DNA of 64,000 nucleotides from a virus (Duplodnaviria; Heunggongvirae; Uroviricota; Caudoviricetes): IMG/VR virus record IMGVR_UViG_3300037067_007156, positions 575,980 to 639,979 of that record; one strand, 5' to 3'. Shown piece by piece: positions 41,101 to 51,036 of this stretch (position 1 is its first letter; each line of letters starts with the position of its first letter). The notes under the pieces were generated by a model. It saw only the letters and a program-made list of their open reading frames with translations, ran no database searches and was not told where the DNA came from. The position numbers and the translations under genes were made by a program.

Positions 41101-42006
41101 ATGTTCAAACAACATAGTTTACAAGAGTGTAAAGAAGAAGCATTAAAATATAATACTAAAACCGAATTTCAAAATAATTCTAAGAGATATTATTTATATG
41201 CACATAAACATGGTTTTTTAGATGAAATATGTTCACACATGATTCAGTTAAAAAAACCACATAAATATTGGACTGATAAAGAAAGATGTCACAAAGAAGC
41301 TTTAAAATATAACAATAGAGCTGAATTTCAAAAGAATTCATCTTCGGCATATAATTCTTCTAAAATTAATGGGTGGTATGATGAGATATGTTCACACATG
41401 GAATATATTGGAAGTAGAAAAATGCGATTAATATATTCTTATGAATTTTCAGATAATAGTGTTTATGTAGGTTTGACCTATAATTTAAATCAAAGAAATA
41501 ATGTTCATTTAAAAGAAAAAAGTAATAGTTCGGTACATGAACATATTCTATTAACTGGTTTGATACCAACTTTAAATAAATTAACAGATTATATAGAGGT
41601 GGAAGAAGCTCGTGTTTTAGAAGGATATTATTTAAACACTTATAAAGAAAAAGATTGGAAAATCCTTAATAAGACAAAAACTGGTTCTATTGGTGGTGCA
41701 AATATATTTTGGACAAAAGAAAAATGTTATATTGAAGCATTAAAATATGAAAATAAAAAAGATTTTAGATTAAATTCCTGTGGTGCTTATTCTTCTGCTT
41801 ATAAAAATGGTTGGTTAGATGAAATATGTTCTCATATGAAATTAAAAAAAGTTAAACCAAGAAATTATTGGACAAAAGAAAAATGTCAAGAAGAAGCTTT
41901 AAAATATGATAGAAAAATCAATTTCTTAAAATCATGTAAAAGTGCATATAACAAAGCTCAAGATATGAAATGGTTAGATGAAATCTGTTCACACATGAAA
42001 AAATAA
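41101..42006 (+). CDS. GIY-YIG endonuclease with repeats
   Basis: LIYSYEFSDNSVYVGLT; CKEEALKY..WLDEICSHM repeats. Confidence 0.75.
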   Translation: MFKQHSLQECKEEALKYNTKTEFQNNSKRYYLYAHKHGFLDEICSHMIQLKKPHKYWTDKERCHKEALKYNNRAEFQKNSSSAYNSSKINGWYDEICSHMEYIGSRKMRLIYSYEFSDNSVYVGLTYNLNQRNNVHLKEKSNSSVHEHILLTGLIPTLNKLTDYIEVEEARVLEGYYLNTYKEKDWKILNKTKTGSIGGANIFWTKEKCYIEALKYENKKDFRLNSCGAYSSAYKNGWLDEICSHMKLKKVKPRNYWTKEKCQEEALKYDRKINFLKSCKSAYNKAQDMKWLDEICSHMKK

Positions 42007-42104
42007 TTTTTTGTATCCCAATGAAAACAAAAAAATGTTTTTAATATAAAAATATATAGGTATCTAAAATCTAAACATACCTTAAAAAATATTTTTTATT
42101 TATT

Positions 42105-42335
42105 ATGAAAACTATAATTGATTTATTGAAGGTTAACAATCAGAATCATTTGATAGAATATATCCAGAATGATAATAATATTTCTGTGATTCGAAGTTGT
42201 GAAATAGAAGATAAAATAGTAATGTATATAGAATTTAAAGACACAATAGTTAGAAATATAGTTAGAGGAAAAAAGAATATTATAAAATTTTTTTATAATA
42301 AATATGAAAAAATATTACATACAACAATAATTTAG
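42105..42335 (+). CDS. Hypothetical protein
   Basis: 76-aa ORF. Confidence 0.45.
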   Translation: MKTIIDLLKVNNQNHLIEYIQNDNNISVIRSCEIEDKIVMYIEFKDTIVRNIVRGKKNIIKFFYNKYEKILHTTII

Positions 42336-42344
42336 GTTATTAAC

Positions 42345-43256
42345 ATGATAAAACCTTATGGTTATTGGACATTTGAAAGATGTAGAGAAGAAGCTTTAAA
42401 ATATAAAACCAGAATGGAATTTAAAAATAATTCTGGTGGAGCTTATACACATTGTGTTAAACATCAATATTTAAATGATGTTTGTTCGCATATGAATGAA
42501 TTAAGAAAACTTAAAGGATATTGGACATTTGAACATTGTAAAGAAGAAACTTTAAAATATAAAACAAAAAATGAATTTAATATAAATTCAAAAGGTGCTT
42601 ATATTAAAGCATTAAAAAATAAATGGTTAGATAAAATTTGTTCACATATGGAAATTTTAGGTAGTAAATATAAAAGATGTATTTATTCATATGAATTTCC
42701 AAATAATTATGTTTATGTTGGGTTGACTTTTAATATCAATAAAAGACAATCTAATAGGGACAGCGATAATACAGATGGTGTTACACGTTTTATTGAGAAA
42801 ACTGGTTTAAAACCAGTAAGAAAACAGTTAACCGAATATATTGATGTGAATGATGCCGTTATAATGGAAAATTATTATTTAAATTTCTATAAAAATAATG
42901 GATGGAACATATTAAACAAAAATAAAACTGGTGGTATAGGCAGTAGTAAAGAAACAAAATGGGATTTTAACACCGTAAAAAACGAAGCATTAAAATATAA
43001 AACGAGAACTGAATTTAAGGAAAAATCGGGTGGTGCTTATTATGCTGCGATAAAAAATAAATGGTTAGATGAAGTAAGTAGTCATATGATTATATTTTCA
43101 AAACCAATGAATTATTGGAAAAGTATTAATAGTTGTAAAGAAGAAGCATTAAAATATAATTCTAAACAAAATTTCTATAAAAATGCACGTGGTGCATATG
43201 AATCTTCCAGAAAACATGGATGGTTAAATGATATATGTGTCCATATGAAAAAATAA
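42345..43256 (+). CDS. GIY-YIG endonuclease with repeats
   Basis: CIYSYEFPNNYVYVGLT; same repeats. Confidence 0.75.
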   Translation: MIKPYGYWTFERCREEALKYKTRMEFKNNSGGAYTHCVKHQYLNDVCSHMNELRKLKGYWTFEHCKEETLKYKTKNEFNINSKGAYIKALKNKWLDKICSHMEILGSKYKRCIYSYEFPNNYVYVGLTFNINKRQSNRDSDNTDGVTRFIEKTGLKPVRKQLTEYIDVNDAVIMENYYLNFYKNNGWNILNKNKTGGIGSSKETKWDFNTVKNEALKYKTRTEFKEKSGGAYYAAIKNKWLDEVSSHMIIFSKPMNYWKSINSCKEEALKYNSKQNFYKNARGAYESSRKHGWLNDICVHMKK

Positions 43257-43295
43257 TTTTATTTTTAAATATATAATAAAAAATAATAATTATAT

Positions 43296-43793
43296 GTGGG
43301 TAATATAGCACAACCAAATAATCCAAGTAAATATCACCAAGGATATTATAAATTAGTTAATCCAGAAAAATATATGGGTGACCCAACAAGAATCGCTTTT
43401 CGTTCTTCATGGGAAGCCAGATTTTGCACATATTTGGACTTAAATGATAAAATCACCAAATGGAACTCAGAAGGTATTACAATCACATATCAGGACACAC
43501 TTGGTAATTTCCATCGGTATTTTCCAGATTTTTATTATGAATGTGTCAATAATTCAAATCCCGAAAAAATAGATAAAGTAGTAGTTGAGTTAAAACCTTA
43601 TAAAGAAACACAACCACCACAAAAACCTATGAAGGAATCTATAAAATCTTTACAGAATTTTGAATATTCCTTAAAAACTTTCATGAAGAATAAATTAAAA
43701 TGGGGGGCTGCCACTGAATGGTGTGCTAAAAGAGGTTTACAATTTATAATTATAACAGAAAAACATCTTGAAAAAGCAAAAATCTTGAAATGA
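43296..43793 (+). CDS. gp4: Head completion nuclease (T4 gp4-like)
   Basis: NPEKYMGDP.I.FRSSWE, WNSE, HRYFPDF, VELKP..ET..P, KW.AA. Confidence 0.88.
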   Translation: MGNIAQPNNPSKYHQGYYKLVNPEKYMGDPTRIAFRSSWEARFCTYLDLNDKITKWNSEGITITYQDTLGNFHRYFPDFYYECVNNSNPEKIDKVVVELKPYKETQPPQKPMKESIKSLQNFEYSLKTFMKNKLKWGAATEWCAKRGLQFIIITEKHLEKAKILK

Positions 43794-44509
43794 ATTTAAA
43801 AGAGCAAGGATATAATCTTTTTAATCAATATTCATATAATTTAAGTTTAATTACACTCGAATCCACTGAACGTATTTTTTATTTAAGAAAAAATCAGAAT
43901 AATGAGTTTAAAACTATTTCGTTAAAAAACTTAACGGTTGGTCATTTTTATTTAATATTATATAATTTTAATGGTAATAAAATATTTTGTCCGATATTAC
44001 CAATAGAATATAGAATATGGAAAAACAAAAATATTTTATATTGTATTAATTTAGATTATTTACCATATGAATATAAGATAGAATTTTTTGGTAAGTTGTT
44101 TTATTTATATCAAAACGTTGTTGATAAAAACGTTGATATTGCTGATGTAATAAGTGAAATACCGTTTAAAGGTATAACATTCGAAAATATTTATAAAGCT
44201 TTGAAGACAAATGGTGGTTTTGATTTTGCTATAACAGCTTTTGATGTTTTAAAAATTGAAGAAGTGAATAAAGTATCTACTAATATAATGGATAGATTTT
44301 TATTTTTAAATACTCGTTATGTTAATTCAGCACTAATGAAAGAGCTTGTAGAGAAAACAGATGCTGAAGGTTTTAAAACAAAATTGAAAGATATAATATC
44401 AGAGTATGATTCTATAAAATTAGAATATGATGAAGATACAAAAGCATTTTATAAAAAATTAAAAACATTTGAGAAGAATTATAAATTATCTGAAAATATA
44501 AGTTCATAA
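43790..44509 (+). CDS. DNA end protector-like protein (T4 gp2-like)
   Basis: GHFY..Y, P.L, INLDYLP motif; directly after gp4. Confidence 0.55.
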   Translation: MNLKEQGYNLFNQYSYNLSLITLESTERIFYLRKNQNNEFKTISLKNLTVGHFYLILYNFNGNKIFCPILPIEYRIWKNKNILYCINLDYLPYEYKIEFFGKLFYLYQNVVDKNVDIADVISEIPFKGITFENIYKALKTNGGFDFAITAFDVLKIEEVNKVSTNIMDRFLFLNTRYVNSALMKELVEKTDAEGFKTKLKDIISEYDSIKLEYDEDTKAFYKKLKTFEKNYKLSENISS

Positions 44510-44526
44510 TTTAAAAATAAGATAAA

Positions 44527-45264
44527 ATGTTGTTCACATATGGTGTTAAAAGGAAATCTCATACAAAAGAAGAATGTAAAGAAGTTGCACTGAATTATGA
44601 TAATATAACAGATTTTACAAAATATTCTAAAAAATTTTACATGCGAGCTTGGCGAATGGGGTGGTTAGATGAAATATGTTCACATATGAAGCGGTGTTAT
44701 AATAACTGGTCGAAGAAAGAATGTGCAGAAAAAGCTTTATTATGTTCATATAAAAAAGAGTTTTATAAAGAATATAAAAAATATTATGAACACGCATTGA
44801 AAAATGGTTGGTTAGATGAGTTGTGTTCTCATATGATTGAAGTTGGTTCGAGATATAAAAGATGTATATATGTATGGGAATTTGAAGATAATTCAGCTTA
44901 TATAGGTTTAACTTATAATATCAAAGAAAGAATAAAACAACATAAAAATTCAGAAAGAAGTGTTGTATATAAACATTTAAAACTATTTCAAGGTGAGTGT
45001 AAACAGTTGACAGGTTATATCGATGTTAATGAATCTAAAATTTTAGAAAAATATTGGGTAGAAAATTATAAAAATAAAAAATGGAAAATTTTAAATACTG
45101 GTACGATAGGTTTAGTTGGTAATAATCTTAGTAAATATAATGAAAATGATATAATTGAATATTCTAAAATATATAATAATAGGACAATTTTTAGAAAAAA
45201 ACATTCTGGTGCTTATAAATTCGCAAAAAGAAATTTGTTGTTAGATAAATATTTTCTTAAATGA
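44527..45264 (+). CDS. GIY-YIG endonuclease with repeats
   Basis: CIYVWEFEDNSAYIGLT..ERIKQH. Confidence 0.72.
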   Translation: MLFTYGVKRKSHTKEECKEVALNYDNITDFTKYSKKFYMRAWRMGWLDEICSHMKRCYNNWSKKECAEKALLCSYKKEFYKEYKKYYEHALKNGWLDELCSHMIEVGSRYKRCIYVWEFEDNSAYIGLTYNIKERIKQHKNSERSVVYKHLKLFQGECKQLTGYIDVNESKILEKYWVENYKNKKWKILNTGTIGLVGNNLSKYNENDIIEYSKIYNNRTIFRKKHSGAYKFAKRNLLLDKYFLK

Positions 45265-45314
45265 AAACAAAGACTTATTTTTTTAATATATAGAAAAAAC
45301 AAAATAATTATAAT

Positions 45315-45569
45315 ATGGGATTTTTTAGTTTTATTGATAATAGGTTTAAAAGAAAACATACTGAATTTAATCACAGAAAATTTACAATACCCGTAGATAA
45401 TTTATCAAGAGAAGAAGCCGAAGAACAAATAAAAGAATTAATGAAATCATATAAGGAAACTATTGTTTTTGATGTTGAAGATAGTTCTGGTGAGATGATA
45501 ATGAATGGTGATATAAAAATACCGTTTGAAAAGGATTACTGGATTCCAGTTAAATCTAATAAAAAATAG
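45315..45569 (+). CDS. Stand-alone portal clip-domain homolog
   Basis: About 26 of 57 identities by eye to an internal segment of the adjacent portal. Confidence 0.7.
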   Translation: MGFFSFIDNRFKRKHTEFNHRKFTIPVDNLSREEAEEQIKELMKSYKETIVFDVEDSSGEMIMNGDIKIPFEKDYWIPVKSNKK

Positions 45570-45580
45570 TCAAATGAAAC

Positions 45581-47386
45581 GTGGCAGGTTACGATAATAC
45601 AGGTGCAAATAATGGTATATATTCAGGTGGTTTTTTTAATCGAACACTAAGACGATTATCCAGTTTTGGACAAAATTGGCAAGACCAAGTTATTAGAAAT
45701 ACACAATTAATAGGATTTTCTGAAAACCCAAGTGACCCCTCTAATGTAGGTAATGTTACTGAGGGGCCGGGTATGTATGACATTTTTACTAAACGCATTA
45801 TTTCGAAAATGCTTGAAAAGAAATCAATTGCATATCTCGACCGTTCATACTTCGATAAAAGAAAAATATTAAGACAATATTCCATAAAAGAAGAAATTCG
45901 TGATTTCTTAAATCAAATGGCAGATGAGGCTATTATATACAATTCAGATAATTTCTTCGCATATATGAATGACCTACCAGATGATTTTTCATCACAGATA
46001 CGTGATAAATTTCATGAAAATTATAAAAGACTTTATCATTTATTTGGCTTTGCTGATGGTGCGATAGCTTGGAATTATTTTAGAGATTTAATGATTGATG
46101 GATATATAGTTTTTGAAATTGTATATGATAATAAACAAAAAAACATTATTTCTTTAAATAAAATCGACCCAATTACAGTTGTAGTTGCAACTGAACCAAC
46201 AACTGGTACGATAGTTTGGGTACAGAATCCAGATAATCCTCAATTAAGAAGAATTATTTTAGATACTAACGTTGTTTATATTTCTTATTCTAATAATAAT
46301 GATTATAATGAAACATCATATGTTGAAAGTTTAATTAGACCATATAATCAATTAAAATTATTAGAACAAACAAAATTACTTTATAATATTAACCAAGCAG
46401 CTATCTATAAAAAATTTATAATACCTACTGATGGATTAACAAGAGCGCAAGCAGAACAACAGATATTTCAATTAATGAGTGAATATCATGAAGACGTTCA
46501 GTGGGATGATAGAATGGGAACTGTTAAAATTAACGGTAGTGCTAATATTCCTCACTCAAAAGATTTTTGGTTTCCATCATCTGAAGGAACTTCACCAACT
46601 GTTGAAGTTACGTCACCACAAGGTGTTGATTTAAATGAAGACACTGTTTTACAATGGTTTTCAAATAATCTTAAAAGGTCATCGAGGTTACCATTATCCA
46701 GATTTGATTCAGAATCAGGTGGTGGTAATGTTTATTCGGCTGATGCATCAGACATAACCAGAGAAGAAATTAAATTTAAAAATTATATTAATCGTTTAAG
46801 AACTATTTTCAAAGAAATATTAGTTAAACCATTAAAAATTCAAATGATTTTGGATTTCCCAGAACTTGAAAATGATAACGTGTTTAATTCTTCTTTGAAA
46901 TTGAATTTTAATAAAGATGAATTATTCGAAGAGTGGAAGAGATTAAATAATTTAGCAAAAAGGGCTGAGATAGTTTCAACCTTAACATCAAATTTCACAG
47001 ATATAGAAGGTAATTCTTATTTTCACCCAGAGTGGTTAGCCAGAAATATTATGATGTTATCTGAAAAAGATATTCAAGAAAATAATAAATATAAATATAT
47101 GCCTATTATAGCTGGTTCGGCTGCACCTGCTGGACAAGGTGGTGGAGCTGGTGGAGCTGGTGGAGCTGGTGGTGGAAGTGATATGGGTATAACAAGTGGT
47201 AGTGATTTAGGTGGTGGAGCTGGGGGTGGTGGTGAATTCGGTTCACAAGCTACTGGAGCACAAGCTGAAATAGGCGGTGGAGCAGCCCAAGGTGGAGCTG
47301 GAACTGAAGCTGGTGGTGGAGCTGCGCAAACTGGTGGAGCAGCCCAAGGTGGTGGTGAAACAGGTGGAGGTGAAGCTCAATTTTAA
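45581..47386 (+). CDS. gp20: Portal protein (T4 gp20-like) with Gly-rich C-terminal tail
   Basis: IDG...FE, SYVE.LIRPYNQLKLLE, DFWFP, LP.SRF, ITREEIKF. Confidence 0.9.
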   Translation: MAGYDNTGANNGIYSGGFFNRTLRRLSSFGQNWQDQVIRNTQLIGFSENPSDPSNVGNVTEGPGMYDIFTKRIISKMLEKKSIAYLDRSYFDKRKILRQYSIKEEIRDFLNQMADEAIIYNSDNFFAYMNDLPDDFSSQIRDKFHENYKRLYHLFGFADGAIAWNYFRDLMIDGYIVFEIVYDNKQKNIISLNKIDPITVVVATEPTTGTIVWVQNPDNPQLRRIILDTNVVYISYSNNNDYNETSYVESLIRPYNQLKLLEQTKLLYNINQAAIYKKFIIPTDGLTRAQAEQQIFQLMSEYHEDVQWDDRMGTVKINGSANIPHSKDFWFPSSEGTSPTVEVTSPQGVDLNEDTVLQWFSNNLKRSSRLPLSRFDSESGGGNVYSADASDITREEIKFKNYINRLRTIFKEILVKPLKIQMILDFPELENDNVFNSSLKLNFNKDELFEEWKRLNNLAKRAEIVSTLTSNFTDIEGNSYFHPEWLARNIMMLSEKDIQENNKYKYMPIIAGSAAPAGQGGGAGGAGGAGGGSDMGITSGSDLGGGAGGGGEFGSQATGAQAEIGGGAAQGGAGTEAGGGAAQTGGAAQGGGETGGGEAQF

Positions 47387-47395
47387 TAGTTAAGA

Positions 47396-47542
47396 TGAAA
47401 TGGACATACAATAGTTGTAAAGAAGTAGCATTAAAATATTCAAGAAAAGTAGATTTTAAGAAAAATAGTGGTGTTGCATATGATACAGTTATTAAAAGAA
47501 AAATTATAAACGATATATGTTCACATATGATTAACAAATAAT
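47396..47542 (+). pseudogene. Single-repeat remnant of the GIY-YIG repeat family
   Basis: MKWTYNSCKEVALKY..NDICSHMINK, no nuclease domain. Confidence 0.5.
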
Positions 47543-47548
47543 TTATTA

Positions 47549-48436
47549 TTATGATATAAAAATATTTTTTGTTATATTTTTAATCACTATTTTTTTATTT
47601 TTAAAATACTCTTTTTGTTCTATTCGTATAAATTTACAACCAAAAGTTTCTTCAATCCATTTTTGCCTGTCAGTATCATATTTTTTATTTGATTTGTGTT
47701 CAGGTTCATCCCATTCTAAAACTATGTTATATTCCTCTATAAAACCATCCACCCAGTATTTCTTAAATTTCTTTTCACCACCGTTTAATGCGTGTTGTAT
47801 ATTAATATTCAATTTTTTAGATAACATATCAAAAAATATAATAGATTCAAAATTATATTTGGGAATTAATTTTAAATATGCCTCATCGTAGTTCAGAAGA
47901 CATGTTTTTAATTTTTTATTTTTAATTGATTCTAATTTTGATATGTTATCAACATTATATTTTTTTAATAGTGTAGTTATAGTTTTATTTCTTATAGTTT
48001 CATTGGATTGACACCACTCAACACCATAACGCTTTAAATTTGTTTCTTTCTTTTTGTTTTGAATGTTTTCGTTTTTTGAGACATTATCAACACCATATTT
48101 ATCGATTACTGTCTTTTTTATTTTATTTTTTGTATTATCTAATTGGAATACATTATCAATTCCATATTTTAAATTTAAGTTTTCTTTTCTTTTACAGTTT
48201 CTACACTTATAATTATTAATCTCTGGATAAGCTTTCAATAAACTTTGATATTCAATAATAAATATATTACCACATATTGGACATTTCATTTTAACTTTTA
48301 CATGTGACCCTTTGCTTAAATGACATATTTTAATTTCTATAATATCAGTCACTTTTATGTTTGTATAACCTAATTTTTTTAACCGTTTAATATTAGAAGC
48401 ATTAATTCTGATTTCTACATTATTATCTAACAACAT
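47549..48436 (-). CDS. Putative homing-type endonuclease, paralog of 196..1332
   Basis: CPIC..CRNC, KYGVDN repeats, NIQHALNGGEK..VDGFI..LEWDEP. Confidence 0.7.
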   Translation of the reverse strand: MLLDNNVEIRINASNIKRLKKLGYTNIKVTDIIEIKICHLSKGSHVKVKMKCPICGNIFIIEYQSLLKAYPEINNYKCRNCKRKENLNLKYGIDNVFQLDNTKNKIKKTVIDKYGVDNVSKNENIQNKKKETNLKRYGVEWCQSNETIRNKTITTLLKKYNVDNISKLESIKNKKLKTCLLNYDEAYLKLIPKYNFESIIFFDMLSKKLNINIQHALNGGEKKFKKYWVDGFIEEYNIVLEWDEPEHKSNKKYDTDRQKWIEETFGCKFIRIEQKEYFKNKKIVIKNITKNIFIS

Positions 48437-48544
48437 TTTAATTTTTATATATTAAAAAAGTTGAATTTTCTAAAAATAGAAAAATAACGCTTTTTGAATA
48501 AAATATATACTTACAAAACTACGAAAAAATAAGTATATCATTTT

Positions 48545-50959
48545 ATGGAAAAATTGAAACCTATTTTGATTGTGGAACACTGTAATAGTGGTTTAATGAT
48601 TAACGAACAAGCTTCGCTTTCAACTAAAAAATTTATATTATCTGGAACATTTACTGAATTTAATATAAAAAATCGTAATGAAAGAATTTATACCGCAGAC
48701 AAGTTTTTACCACATCTTAATGAATTATTAGCAAGAAAAAAACAACTTGGGGTTATCTATGGCGAATTTGACCATCCAGATGTTTTCGATACATCTCTAC
48801 GCAGAGTCTCACATACAGTTGAGAGTGCAGTATTTAATCAAGAAAAAAATATTATAGAAGGTTCAATTAGATTATTGACCACACAATGGGGTAAAGAAGC
48901 CAGAGCTTTAGTTGAGGATGATTGCCCTATTTTTGTTTCTTCTCGTGCAGCTGGTGTAACTGAATCTAATGGTGAAGTTACTATCAAAAAACTTTTTACT
49001 TATGATGCTGTTGCTGACCCAGGTTTCGCATCTGCAAAAATGTCTCTTAATGAATCGTTAGGGTATACAAACGAAAATGCCAATTTTCGAATTTTTCCCG
49101 TTGACGATGAATCAAAAATAAATGAATTATTTACTATGAATAATAATGATGCTGTAACAAAAACACAGATGGAAGAATACTCATCCTATTTAACTGGTGA
49201 GATGGGTAAAATAAAAGAAGAACTTGAAAAAACCATCAAAGAAGGTAAAGAGTCACCTGAAAAAGTAAGAGAACTCTCTGAATATTATGAAAATCTAAAC
49301 ACATCTTTTACAAAGGTAACTGGATATTTAGATTATTTAGCTGAAAATATTCAAATTCTTGTAAACGAAAACAAAACATTTAAAACTACAACTGAAAATC
49401 TTGTTAAACACAACGATTATTTAGCTGAACAACTTAACAAATCTATTGATTATTCTAAATATTTAGCTGAAAAATTAGATGATAGTATTAATTATAGTCA
49501 ATATATAGCTGAAACATTAAGTAACAGTATTGATTTTTCAGAATATATTGCTGAACATGTTGATAAAACTATTCAATTTGCTGATTATTTAGGTGAAAAT
49601 CTTGATAAGAACATTGAATACTCAGAATATCTTGCTGAAAGTCTTGATAAGAATATTGAATACTCAGAATATCTTGCTGAAAATGTTGATAATTCAATTA
49701 CTTATTCGGAATATCTTGCTGAAAGTCTTGATAAGAATATTGAATACTCAGAATATCTTGCTGAAAACGTTGATAATTCAATTCGTTATGGTGAATATGT
49801 AGCCGAACATCTTGATAATTCAATTGCATATGCTGAATATATTGCAGAAAATTTAACTGATTCTCAGGCATATACAAATTACATCGCAGAATCTTTAGAT
49901 AAAAATATTGAATATCAAAAATATATTACTGAACAAATTAAAGGTGGTAAAATAAATGAAAACGTTGATACGCCTGAACAAAGAATGGGAAATTTAAAAG
50001 TTGATAATGTTGATTCATATTATGATGAAGAAGAAAAAACTGAAGAACCTGTACAAATAGAAGATGATATCACAGAACAACCGTTGGTTGCTGGTGATGG
50101 TGCTGCGACTGCTGCTACATCTGATGATGCTGGTCAACTTAGTATTACAACAGATACAACTGTTCAGACTCAGGATGAACCACAAACTCAAATTCAAACA
50201 CAAGAAGAACCTCAGATACAAGGTCAACCACAAACTCAAGTTCAGGTTCAGGATGGTGAAAATGTAGAAGGAATGATTTTACCCGGTATGACTGTTAAAG
50301 TTGACGATGATAAAACTGGTGAAGTTATAGCTACTAACGTTCAGAACGGTATTGTAGTTGTAAAATTGGATGATGTTGAAGAAGTACAAGAAGTACAAGA
50401 ATCAAGAGTAAAATTTATTGGTGATAAAATAATTAAAGACCAAGAAGATTTATTAAATAATATTAAAAGTCTAATATCTGAAAGCAAAAAACGAAAAGCT
50501 TCAGAAGAAGAACAGCCTCATTTTTTATTGTTTTTGAGTGAAGCACGAAAAGCTGATTGGATAGCTCTTTCAACAGAAGATAAAGAAAAAGTAAAAGTTG
50601 CTATGAACGAAAGTAAATATACTTCTGAAGCTGATGTTTTAAGAATTATTCGTGATGCTCTTACTGAAAGCAAAAAATCTTTTGCAGAAGTATTAGTTGA
50701 AAAAATACCAAGCGATTTAAAACCCGTTTGGGAAAAATTGGATGCTAAAATACAAAATAGCATTATCGCACAGTCTAAACTTTACAATCTAAACTCGGAT
50801 GCTAAATTCGAAAGCTTTTGGAATAGTAGAGGTATAGAAAGGTTAGTTAGTGTAAATGAAAAGAAAATCATGAACGAAAACGCAAAGTTCGTGGACAATG
50901 ACAAATTAACTGAAGATGTTGTTAACAGATACATCTCAGTGTTTAAAAACTTGAAATAG
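48545..50959 (+). CDS. gp21: Prohead protease (gp21-like) fused to scaffold/core domain
   Basis: NRNERIY, GEFDHP, VSH, VSSRAAG, YDAVADPGF; then 11-aa EYLAE.LD..I repeats. Confidence 0.88.
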   Translation: MEKLKPILIVEHCNSGLMINEQASLSTKKFILSGTFTEFNIKNRNERIYTADKFLPHLNELLARKKQLGVIYGEFDHPDVFDTSLRRVSHTVESAVFNQEKNIIEGSIRLLTTQWGKEARALVEDDCPIFVSSRAAGVTESNGEVTIKKLFTYDAVADPGFASAKMSLNESLGYTNENANFRIFPVDDESKINELFTMNNNDAVTKTQMEEYSSYLTGEMGKIKEELEKTIKEGKESPEKVRELSEYYENLNTSFTKVTGYLDYLAENIQILVNENKTFKTTTENLVKHNDYLAEQLNKSIDYSKYLAEKLDDSINYSQYIAETLSNSIDFSEYIAEHVDKTIQFADYLGENLDKNIEYSEYLAESLDKNIEYSEYLAENVDNSITYSEYLAESLDKNIEYSEYLAENVDNSIRYGEYVAEHLDNSIAYAEYIAENLTDSQAYTNYIAESLDKNIEYQKYITEQIKGGKINENVDTPEQRMGNLKVDNVDSYYDEEEKTEEPVQIEDDITEQPLVAGDGAATAATSDDAGQLSITTDTTVQTQDEPQTQIQTQEEPQIQGQPQTQVQVQDGENVEGMILPGMTVKVDDDKTGEVIATNVQNGIVVVKLDDVEEVQEVQESRVKFIGDKIIKDQEDLLNNIKSLISESKKRKASEEEQPHFLLFLSEARKADWIALSTEDKEKVKVAMNESKYTSEADVLRIIRDALTESKKSFAEVLVEKIPSDLKPVWEKLDAKIQNSIIAQSKLYNLNSDAKFESFWNSRGIERLVSVNEKKIMNENAKFVDNDKLTEDVVNRYISVFKNLK
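49330..49930 (+). repeat. 33-nt (11-aa) coding tandem repeat in scaffold domain
   Basis: About 16 copies of (E/D)Y(L/I)AE.(L/V)D..I.Y; some exact at DNA level. Confidence 0.85.
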
Positions 50960-51036
50960 TCTGAAAATGGAAAAAAATCGCTTTTTAGCGATAATATATA
51001 AGACTATTAAAGACAAAAAAAAAGAAATACAAATTT

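Noticed and set aside
47136-47372. GC-rich ggtggagct repeats as a foreign insert
   Set aside because: Encodes the Gly/Ala low-complexity tail of the portal in frame
49330-49930. 33-nt repeats as a CRISPR array
   Set aside because: Contiguous in-frame coding repeats with synonymous variation and no spacers
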